A DNA stretch of 64,000 nucleotides, from IMG/VR virus record IMGVR_UViG_3300046514_000858, positions 29,746 to 93,745 of that record; one strand, written 5' to 3'. Made by a program: the position numbers and the translations under genes. The notes below the pieces were generated by a model. That model was not told the DNA's origin, made no database searches, and saw only the letters and a list, made by a program, of their open reading frames with translations. The first letter of the stretch is position 1; each line of letters opens with the position of its first letter. Shown here piece by piece: positions 55,674-63,593 of this stretch. This stretch comes from a virus.

Positions 55674-55819
55674 GTCCAACCCTCCTTCCCACCGCGTCGT
55701 GCGGGGCTGGGGGAACTCTCTGCCTCTGACATCTCTGCTTCTTTCCGAGAAGAATCAGAGTTCTCTCTCTTTAAGTGCTGAGTAGAAGCATTCATGAGAG
55801 AGTGTTAGGAGACAGCGAC

Positions 55820-56503
55820 ATGAGCAACAAGTACGACGCCCCCTGTCGGGGCAGCGAATCCCTGAACCACTGCGCCGAGCACATGCAGTCGATCTTCAAG
55901 TGTTCGGAGGAGAAGGACGCCCTACTGCGTCTCTCCCACGCCGCGACCGAAGCATCCCAGAAGGCCCATGGCGACGACCTGCTGAAGGTCAGCAAGATGC
56001 TCGTCGACAAGGCCGTCCCCGCCCACAACGCGAAGGTCCGTGAGATGGCCGCCCTGCGCCTCATCAACGCCGATCTGGAGGTCAAGCTCAGCGATCACAA
56101 GGCCGCCGTGGGCGAGCTGGAGGACGAAAAGGACGACGTCCACATCGATCTGTGCGAGCAGAACCGCAGCCTGCAGCGCATCGTCGAGCAGCAGAACACC
56201 GAGCTGGCCGAAGATGCCAAGCTGATCGAGGAGGCCACCGCCGCCCTCAACTCGGTGAGCGACGCGCTCGACAAGGCCAACGAGCAGGCCGCGGAGCTCA
56301 TGGCGTTCATCGTCACCAACGAGCTGCTCGACAAGATGTCGAAGGAGGAGCAGTCCAAGGATCCCATGGACGTGGAGCTGCCCGACCGCGGCTTCGCGTC
56401 CGAGGTCGAAGACGCCCTGCAGTCCGACCAACCCCCGCCGCCCGATCCGGAGCAGGATCCGCGCCCGGAGCCCCCGGCCATCGACGGCGAAGGGCCGATC
56501 TAA
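55820..56503 (+). CDS. acidic coiled-coil protein
   Basis: AGGAG SD; heptad pattern; Pro-rich tail. Confidence 0.7.
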   Translation: MSNKYDAPCRGSESLNHCAEHMQSIFKCSEEKDALLRLSHAATEASQKAHGDDLLKVSKMLVDKAVPAHNAKVREMAALRLINADLEVKLSDHKAAVGELEDEKDDVHIDLCEQNRSLQRIVEQQNTELAEDAKLIEEATAALNSVSDALDKANEQAAELMAFIVTNELLDKMSKEEQSKDPMDVELPDRGFASEVEDALQSDQPPPPDPEQDPRPEPPAIDGEGPI

Positions 56504-56510
56504 GCCGACC

Positions 56511-56651
56511 ATGCGCCTCCCAGAGCGTCTGAACGCCGTGCTCACTGTGATCGCCTGTCTCCTCGCGGTGCTGGGCGCTCTGGGAGTTGTCGAGCTGGTG
56601 TGGTACTGGTTCATCCGATCCCTGTTCATCATGTGCGGAGGCAGCCCATGA
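56511..56651 (+). CDS. small membrane peptide
   Basis: Long hydrophobic stretch; ATGA overlap with next ORF. Confidence 0.5.
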   Translation: MRLPERLNAVLTVIACLLAVLGALGVVELVWYWFIRSLFIMCGGSP

Positions 56652-56893
56652 CCATCACGAAGATCGACCTCGCGCTCTGGACGCCCATGGGAGAGTGCGA
56701 CAGGCCCCACCGCCGGTCGTTGTGTGTGAACGGCAACTGGTACCACAAGGCTGGGAACGTGTTCGTGCATCTGGAGGGTTCCTTCACCCAGACCGAGCGC
56801 GGAGAGAAAGCGGCGCTCGTCGCGAAGGCGCTCGGCTACACGGTATTCACGTTCTCGCACAGTACGATTCAGTCCGAGGACGCGCGTTCCTAA
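56648..56893 (+). CDS. hypothetical protein
   Basis: GGAGG SD. Confidence 0.55.
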   Translation: MTITKIDLALWTPMGECDRPHRRSLCVNGNWYHKAGNVFVHLEGSFTQTERGEKAALVAKALGYTVFTFSHSTIQSEDARS

Positions 56894-57042
56894 TAACAAG
56901 GGAAACCGCGACTGAGTCAGGGGCCGCTTATGTGCAGGACTGACGGGATCGCGTGTAAGACTGAGCATCCGGCCCGCATGACGGCATCCGCGGACTACGT
57001 GAGCGGGACAGCTCGTGCTCCTTTAATTTTTTGAGGTGTGAG

Positions 57043-57468
57043 ATGGCGCGCGTGCAGACGATCATGACGACCGACCAGTACGAGAAGCTGGCGGCTACGC
57101 CGAGAGCCAAGCGCCCCGCGAAGGCGCGAGCCTTCAAGATGGTGTACGGCAACTTCTACTCGCACAAAGTGAGCCGCAAGGGCCACAACATCATGTATCG
57201 GATCGGGGAAACCGTGCGCAATCCGGACGGCGTAGACCGCGGAAGGTATCGGGAGTGCTCGTTCGGTCTCAACATTGCCTCCCTTCAGTGGCTGGCTCTC
57301 CACCCCCGCGCCAATATTTTGTCCAGCCATGCGACCACGCTCATGCTGATGGTCGAGTTCGATCCGCGCAAGGCTGTCTTCCCTGTCTACTCGGGCGGCA
57401 AGTTCCGCGTCGCCAAGCTGCGCGTGCTCGGGCTTGTCTCCAAAGGCACCGGCAAATTGAAGAGGTGA
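57043..57468 (+). CDS. hypothetical phage protein (ECS.GL.....W...GKFRV family)
   Basis: GAGG SD; motif. Confidence 0.65.
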   Translation: MARVQTIMTTDQYEKLAATPRAKRPAKARAFKMVYGNFYSHKVSRKGHNIMYRIGETVRNPDGVDRGRYRECSFGLNIASLQWLALHPRANILSSHATTLMLMVEFDPRKAVFPVYSGGKFRVAKLRVLGLVSKGTGKLKR

Positions 57469-57471
57469 ACC

Positions 57472-57720
57472 ATGGCCGATCAGATCGTGCACAAGATGAC
57501 GATGAAGCGCGGGGCCCAGCCTGCGCAGTATCGTCTCCACCATCCGACCGATCCCGCGAAGTCGCCGAGCATGCTCAGCCAGATCCACGCGGCCGTGACT
57601 CTCGACGCGGTGGACAAGCTGGAGCGGCAGGCCGCGGGCATGACCGGCGCGAGCGCGAAGACGCGGCGGAGCTGGCAGCGGGCGATGGACGCCCGTCGTC
57701 GGGCTCTGGTGAAGCTGTAG
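57472..57720 (+). CDS. hypothetical protein
   Basis: GAGG SD. Confidence 0.6.
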   Translation: MADQIVHKMTMKRGAQPAQYRLHHPTDPAKSPSMLSQIHAAVTLDAVDKLERQAAGMTGASAKTRRSWQRAMDARRRALVKL

Positions 57721-57812
57721 ATCCAGTACGTAGCAGGACTCACTCCTCCGGGGCCGCACCCCGCTGAACCTGTCAGCACGACGAAGATGAGATAAGGTCG
57801 TGCCCAAATCTT

Positions 57813-57939
57813 GAGCGACCGGACAAGTGCGGCGCGCCGAGCAGCGCGCGGCGACGCATCTGAAGCTCGGACAGGCCCACACGGATTCTGAGCATGTGGC
57901 CGTGGGGGATAGCAGGTTCAAATCCTGCGCCGGTCGCTC
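57813..57939 (+). ncRNA. tRNA-like RNA (acceptor stem plus T-arm, novel core)
   Basis: GAGCGACCGG/CCGGTCGCTC closing stem adjacent to perfect T-arm GCAGG-TTCAAAT-CCTGC. Confidence 0.65.
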
Positions 57940-58046
57940 GTTATTCTGGAGTGCTTCTGGGCTGGGTCACTGACACGCGGTGCGGTGCTGAAACACCAGA
58001 ACCATCCGTTTCAGCGGACAGGTCAGTGACCCGACTCCGGCGCACT

Positions 58047-58787
58047 TCAGCGGTCGAGGAAGCTGATGATGTCGAGCGGGTGGACGGCGTAGTTGACGTG
58101 GGTGATCGGATGCTCGCGGTGCGGATCGACCAGCTTGACATGCTTCATGATCGCCACCAGAGTCCAGTGGCCGCTGATCTTCACCCAGCACCCGCCCCCG
58201 CTGTTGCCGTACGTGATCGGCGCGGACGTGCTGATCGACCGCATCTTGGCTTCCAGATCGGAGATGTAGCCCGCGGTGAGGTGTGCGGCGTCGACGAAGC
58301 CCGCACCATCCGGATGACCCAGCGTCGCCGGGTATCCCATCACGAGGCACGGCAAGTAGACGCAGATGTCCTGCCCGTACTGTCGCTCCGTCAGGACCCG
58401 CGCCACTCCCGGGAAGCCGGACTTGCCTTCGAGAAGGGCCAGATCCTTCACGACGTCAAATGTTACGATTTTCATTTGACTATTCCAATTTGAATGATAC
58501 ATTCCATTATGATACGAGACGGTCGCCTCGGTGGATCCGCGCACGACATGATAGCACGTCAGGACTCGCGCGACCAGATCATCTTGATAGACGACCACGC
58601 CGCTACCCCCGCCTCCTTCCGGCGTCTCGATCAGCACGGTTGCCCGGGCGATCTCCTTGTCAATCTGGAAGGCCGCCTGCACTTCGGCCGACGGACTCGG
58701 GCCCGTGATCACGGCACCCGCCCCGAACATCACAACCGACGCCAGAGCCATCGCCACGTAGAGCCAGTGGGCTTTTAGGAAATTCAT
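58047..58787 (-). CDS. exported trypsin-like serine protease
   Basis: N-terminal TM/signal; GSGVV, LTCYHV, DLALL, GNSGG; GTCCAAG at 58805-58811 (-). Confidence 0.88.
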   Translation of the reverse strand: MNFLKAHWLYVAMALASVVMFGAGAVITGPSPSAEVQAAFQIDKEIARATVLIETPEGGGGSGVVVYQDDLVARVLTCYHVVRGSTEATVSYHNGMYHSNWNSQMKIVTFDVVKDLALLEGKSGFPGVARVLTERQYGQDICVYLPCLVMGYPATLGHPDGAGFVDAAHLTAGYISDLEAKMRSISTSAPITYGNSGGGCWVKISGHWTLVAIMKHVKLVDPHREHPITHVNYAVHPLDIISFLDR

Positions 58788-58844
58788 GATGCACCTCACA
58801 ATTCCTTGGACATCGAGCATTCATATATCTGCAGTGAAAAATAG

Positions 58845-58872
58845 GTGTAACTAAAAAGGTTACACGAAGTCT
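58845..58872 (+). promoter_or_regulatory. variant class I promoter TGTAAC-N16-AGTCT overlapped by inverted repeat GTGTAAC-N7-GTTACAC
   Basis: Exact 16-nt spacer; perfect 7-bp IR in AT-rich intergenic DNA upstream of the sigma-like gene. Confidence 0.6.
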
Positions 58873-58973
58873 CTGAATTATCGCTGTAGGCGCAACAACG
58901 GTAGTTACGGGTGGTGGGCAGCCGGGTGTTCCGGCTGACGCAGTTCTGATGGACAGGTAGAGGGAACAAAATC

Positions 58974-59534
58974 ATGGCCAATCCGACGAATCTTGGAGTC
59001 TGCCCGAAGAGTTCCAATTTGCACTCCGGCCCGATCCCGCGCCACGACTTCGCCGCCCTGCTGGAGTTCTACCGGCTGTACATCCAGAAGATCGCCCAGA
59101 AGCACGCCGGGCCGCACCCCTACTGCTCCATGGAGGACATCTTCCAAGAGCTGAGCATGGTGCTCTGGCAGGTCCAGCAGAAGTACCCCACCAAGCCCGA
59201 CTCGGAGTTCCATGACATTCTCGTCAGCAGTCTCATCAACAAGATCGTCGCCCACTTCCGGGTGAAGCGCGTCGGCCGGGACAACGCCATGGTCCGGCTG
59301 GACGCCGACGCGGGCGGCGACGGTTCCCACGGCTCGCGGCGCGACCCCTACCCCATCGTCCGGACGGAGCAGTCCGAGGACTTCTACCGCGCCGGGATCT
59401 TCGAGCTGGTCGACACGTTGCCGCCGGAGACGAAGCAGGCCGCGCTCGACGCGATGGACCCGGCCAACCGCGGCCATGTCGGCGGCTCCAAGAAGGCGTA
59501 CCATGTCGTGAAGAACGCACTCAATGGCGTCTGA
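58974..59534 (+). CDS. sigma70/ECF-like factor, region 2 clear and region 4 degenerate
   Basis: F..L...Y...I..IA...EDIFQEL...LW.....Y......F...L...L.NKI....R; later LV..LP. Confidence 0.7.
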   Translation: MANPTNLGVCPKSSNLHSGPIPRHDFAALLEFYRLYIQKIAQKHAGPHPYCSMEDIFQELSMVLWQVQQKYPTKPDSEFHDILVSSLINKIVAHFRVKRVGRDNAMVRLDADAGGDGSHGSRRDPYPIVRTEQSEDFYRAGIFELVDTLPPETKQAALDAMDPANRGHVGGSKKAYHVVKNALNGV

Positions 59535-59922
59535 GAACCCAGCGCGTCCCAACTGCTTTGCACGTCTGCACGATCCGCAGAACGGGTTGTGTCAGGCGTG
59601 CGCGGTCATGGTGACCTGCGGCGTCGCGCGCATGAAGACGTGGTTGCTTGAAGGTCCGATGCCGACGATCCGCACGCCGCAGGTCCGCGTCAACGACTGG
59701 CCGCCGGGCACCTGCCGCTGGGCCGCCCGGGAGGCGATCAACCGACTCGACGGCACCTTCACCGAGATGGACGTGATCATCCCGTATCACGCCATCTGCC
59801 GTTCGATCAAGCATCGCCCGGGTAACCCCGAGCGCACAATCCGCCGGGTCGTCTCGGATCTCGTGCGCGCAGGCGTTCTTATCAGAACAGCGAAGGCGAA
59901 GCTACAACATGGATCTCACTGA
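59524..59922 (+). CDS. Cys-motif plus winged-helix-like protein
   Basis: CF...D....CQ.C.....C; P..TIRR...DL...G.L.R. Confidence 0.6.
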   Translation: MASENPARPNCFARLHDPQNGLCQACAVMVTCGVARMKTWLLEGPMPTIRTPQVRVNDWPPGTCRWAAREAINRLDGTFTEMDVIIPYHAICRSIKHRPGNPERTIRRVVSDLVRAGVLIRTAKAKLQHGSH

Positions 59923-62900
59923 TCAGGACTACACCGACCTGCACGTCCACTCGACGTACAGCCTCCTCGACGGTACCGCTGATCCTTCGCAGCTCCTCGA
60001 AGCGACCAAGAAGCTCGGCCGGAAGCAGATGGCCCTCACCGACCACGGGTCCATCGACGGCTGGCTCCGGTTCCAGAAGGCCGCGCAGAAGATGGGCGTG
60101 CAGCCCATCTTCGGATGCGAGCTCTACATGCTGGAGAATTTCGAGGAGCGCGAGTCTGGCAAGCACAAGAACCTTCACCTCTCGGCGATTGCCAAAACCC
60201 CGGAGGGCGCGGGCAAGCTGATTCAGGCGCTCGGCTACGCCAACATGGAGGGCATGGGCAAGCACGGCTTCGCCGCGCGTCCGTTCCTTCCGCTCGACTA
60301 CCCCATCGCCCACAACTGGGGTGGCGACGTGATCATCATGACCGGCTGCGCGAGCTCGCCGTTCTGGAATGCGGTCGGCGGGGACGAGCTGCTCGGATTC
60401 TACAAGGACCACTTCAAGGACGACCTGTACGCCGAGATCATGCCGATCCACGACTGGGTCGATCCGCTGCTGCCTCCATCCGATCCGGCCCATCTCGTGC
60501 AGGGCGCGATCAACCGGAAGGCTCTTGCGGCGTGCGACCGGTTCGGCATCAAGCCCGTCGTGACCAGTGATATCCATTACGTCACGCCGGAGGATGGCCA
60601 GTTCCACGAAGTCGTTCTTGGTCTCGGCCAGAAGTACATGACGTGGAACAATCCGAAGAGGTGGAAGTTCGAGACGCACTGCAGCTTCGTCCATACGGTT
60701 TCCGGCCTGCAGGAATCGCTTTTCAAGATGGGGCACGATCATGATCTCTCATGCGCCGCCATTCGGAACACGCGCGAGGTGGGAGAGAAGTGCTTCCACA
60801 AAATTCACCAGCCCACCATCAAGCTCCCTGCGGTCATCGGCGAGATGTCCGACGAGGAAGAGCGCGAGCGTTTTCTTCAGCTCGTCATGGCGGGTCTTCG
60901 GGCCAGAGGAGTCGCAGATCGCCCGGGATATCTTGAACGCGTTGCGACCGAGTACGACGTCATCGCACCGAAGGGCTTCGTACGATACATGCTCATGGTG
61001 TGGGATGTCGTCAAGTGGGCCAAGACCCACGGCGTGCTCATCGGCCCTGCCCGCGGTTCGGTGGGCGGTTCTCTCGTGGCTTTCGCCCTTGGGATCACTG
61101 ATCTCGACCCTATTGTCCACCGTCTGTGGTTTGAACGGTTCATCGACCCGGAGCGCAACGACCTCCCCGACATCGACATCGACATCGAAGATAGGAACCG
61201 GCACCTCGTCGAGCAGTACCTGAAGGAGAAGTACGGCGCGTACAACGTCGCGCACGTCTCCACTTTCTCAACCATGCTCGGGAAGACCGCCATCAAGGAC
61301 GTGTCCCGCCTGTTCGAGGTCCCACTCGTCGAAGCCCAGCGCATGTGCAACTGCATTCCCAAGATCCACGAGTCCGATGCGCGGGCCCACTTCACGATCA
61401 AGGACACCATCGAAGGGGGAGATCCCGATGCCAAAGCGTTCGCGTCCAAGTATCCTCATGTCGTTCAGCACGCGGCCCAGCTTGAGGGGCAAATTCGCGG
61501 GTGCGGCATTCACGCGGCTGGCTTTGTTGTGTCGGCGGATGATCTTAGAACGTCTGCGAGAGCACATCTTGTCACTCGACACGGCAAGGTCTCGATCAAC
61601 TGGGACAAGAACGACGCCGAGTCCATGGGATTCGTCAAGCTCGACCTGCTAGGAATCTCTACGCTTTCAGCGGTCGCTGAGGCGGTTCGCCTTGTCGAAG
61701 CGCGGCACGCCCGGAAAATCGAAATGACCGAGCTGCCGCTGACCGATCCCAAGACGTACGAGATGATCGGCCGGGGCGAGACGGCGACGTGCTTCCAGAT
61801 CAACACCGCGGGTACGACGAAGTATTGCAAGAAGCTGAAGCCCGACAACTTCGAGCACCTCGCGGCGATTACGGCTCTGTGGCGGCCCGGCCCTATCGCG
61901 TCGGGGGCGACCGAGATGTACGCCAAGTGCAAGAACGGCGAGGTCCCGATCTCGTACATCAACGACGCGTGGCGCGACATCACCGAGATCAGCTACGGCC
62001 AGATCATCTATCAGGAACAGATGGCCCAGATGCTGATGAAGCTCGCGGGCTACACGTTCGCTCAGGCCGACAAGGTCCGGAAGATCGTCTCGAAGAAGGG
62101 CGGCGTGCAGGCGTGGGACGATGAGGAACCGAAGTTCGCGGCCGGGTGCGCGAAGATGGGGCTCATCGATCAAGACTCCGCCCACAAGCTCTGGCAGGAG
62201 TCGAAGATGTTCGCCCTGTACGCGTTCAATCGCGCCCACTCGGTCGGGTACGGCATGCTGTCCTACTGGACCGCGTACCTCAAGGCCAACTACCCGGGTG
62301 AATGGCTCTGCGCATTCCTGAACTACGGCAACGCGGAGCGCGAGGAGCACGGCATCATGAATCGCGACGTCGCGCTCAAGGAGGCGCTGCGTCTCGGGAT
62401 CGACATTCTCCCGCCGGACATCAACAACAGCGAGGTCATCTGGGGCGTGGAGACGAATCAGTACGGGCGTTCCGTCCTGCGCGTCGGCCTGAAGGACGTC
62501 AAGTATCTCGGCGAGACCGCGGTCGAGGAGATCCAGAAGCTCAAGAGCCGCGTGAGGCGGATCGAGTCCATTGAGTTCTTCATGGAGAACGTCGACCGGC
62601 GCATCTGCAACAGCAAGGTCGTCAAGGCCCTCCTCTTCTGCGGCGCGTTCGATTCACTCCTTCCGCCGGAGGAGCGCACCCGCTGGATCAAGCAGTTCGA
62701 GCAGATGTACTCCACCTTCGAGCACGACAAGAAGCGGACCGAGCTCCTGCTGTGCCCCGAGCCCGACACCAACGCCGACGACATCATCGCGCGCGAGCGG
62801 AAGGTGTACCTGCGCTTCGATCCTCTGACACTGGACGGCGTGCATGCGCCCGAGCGGATTGCCAAGATCATCGGTGCGACGCTGGACCTCGATCTCGACG

Positions 62901-63565
62901 AGCCCGTCCTGCGCCGCGGCACGAAGACGTGGCTGGTTACCGACGCGATGGCCGGACTCCTGCCGGGTGCCAATGGCGTCATGTCCGGCGCTGAGGCAAA
63001 CATCTCCGACATCGTCGACAAGATTACCAAGTGCAAGCTGTGCGAGCTCCGAGATAGCTGTAAGAAACCAGTGCGGCCCGAGAAGGGCGTGCTTCGGGCG
63101 ATGATCGTATCCGAGACGCCCAGCACGTATGAGGACAAGTTCGGTCGGGCGTTGATCGGAGACTCCGGCGGCGAGTTCTGGCCGAGGCTGGAGCAGGCCG
63201 GGATCCTGCGCACCGACGTACACGTCACCAACGTGGTGAAGTGCGCCGCTCCGAAGAAGACCAAGCCCACGGCCGACCAGATCGATGGATGCATGCACCT
63301 CGAAGAAGAGATCAAGCGCGTGCAACCGCTGTGCATCCTCGCTCTCGGCAACCCCAGTCTCTACTGGTTCACCGGTCGCGAGGGCGGCGTCATGTCGGCG
63401 AACGGCCGGACGGAGTGGTCCACCAAGGCCAATGCGTGGGTCACCTTCTGCATCTCGCCGTCCAATCTCGTGTACGCCCGGGAAGAGGACGAGTACACCG
63501 AGCGGGCGGGGCTGCTCACCGCGGCCATTCAAGAATTCGCGCGGTGTATCGGGCAGTTCGTCTAA
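59909..63565 (+). CDS. dnaE: DNA polymerase III alpha (PHP + Pol) fused to a C-terminal family-4 UDG-like domain
   Basis: LHVHS.YSLLDG, ALTDHG, GPARGS.GGSLV, PDIDID, HAAG, KLDLLG, YQEQ, FNRAHS, LPPDIN; C-terminal CKLCEL, V.E.P, TNVVKC, ALGN. Confidence 0.95.
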   Translation: MDLTDQDYTDLHVHSTYSLLDGTADPSQLLEATKKLGRKQMALTDHGSIDGWLRFQKAAQKMGVQPIFGCELYMLENFEERESGKHKNLHLSAIAKTPEGAGKLIQALGYANMEGMGKHGFAARPFLPLDYPIAHNWGGDVIIMTGCASSPFWNAVGGDELLGFYKDHFKDDLYAEIMPIHDWVDPLLPPSDPAHLVQGAINRKALAACDRFGIKPVVTSDIHYVTPEDGQFHEVVLGLGQKYMTWNNPKRWKFETHCSFVHTVSGLQESLFKMGHDHDLSCAAIRNTREVGEKCFHKIHQPTIKLPAVIGEMSDEEERERFLQLVMAGLRARGVADRPGYLERVATEYDVIAPKGFVRYMLMVWDVVKWAKTHGVLIGPARGSVGGSLVAFALGITDLDPIVHRLWFERFIDPERNDLPDIDIDIEDRNRHLVEQYLKEKYGAYNVAHVSTFSTMLGKTAIKDVSRLFEVPLVEAQRMCNCIPKIHESDARAHFTIKDTIEGGDPDAKAFASKYPHVVQHAAQLEGQIRGCGIHAAGFVVSADDLRTSARAHLVTRHGKVSINWDKNDAESMGFVKLDLLGISTLSAVAEAVRLVEARHARKIEMTELPLTDPKTYEMIGRGETATCFQINTAGTTKYCKKLKPDNFEHLAAITALWRPGPIASGATEMYAKCKNGEVPISYINDAWRDITEISYGQIIYQEQMAQMLMKLAGYTFAQADKVRKIVSKKGGVQAWDDEEPKFAAGCAKMGLIDQDSAHKLWQESKMFALYAFNRAHSVGYGMLSYWTAYLKANYPGEWLCAFLNYGNAEREEHGIMNRDVALKEALRLGIDILPPDINNSEVIWGVETNQYGRSVLRVGLKDVKYLGETAVEEIQKLKSRVRRIESIEFFMENVDRRICNSKVVKALLFCGAFDSLLPPEERTRWIKQFEQMYSTFEHDKKRTELLLCPEPDTNADDIIARERKVYLRFDPLTLDGVHAPERIAKIIGATLDLDLDEPVLRRGTKTWLVTDAMAGLLPGANGVMSGAEANISDIVDKITKCKLCELRDSCKKPVRPEKGVLRAMIVSETPSTYEDKFGRALIGDSGGEFWPRLEQAGILRTDVHVTNVVKCAAPKKTKPTADQIDGCMHLEEEIKRVQPLCILALGNPSLYWFTGREGGVMSANGRTEWSTKANAWVTFCISPSNLVYAREEDEYTERAGLLTAAIQEFARCIGQFV

Positions 63566-63593
63566 CTCCCGCGCAGCGGCATTCTTATAGTGT

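Noticed and set aside
672-56360. Intragenic GTCCAAG copies (672, 16893, 28005, 31660, 56353)
   Set aside because: Several are expected by chance in coding DNA, so they were not counted as promoters; 16893 and 28005 lie about 60 nt before the portal and tape-measure starts and could be real
56897-57030. Possible structured leader after the class II box at 56884
   Set aside because: Only short, ambiguous pairings found by eye; not enough to call an RNA
59909-63565. Intein or intron in dnaE, terL or the helicases
   Set aside because: Motif spacing is normal and no intein C-terminal HN-C/S/T or homing-nuclease insert was seen
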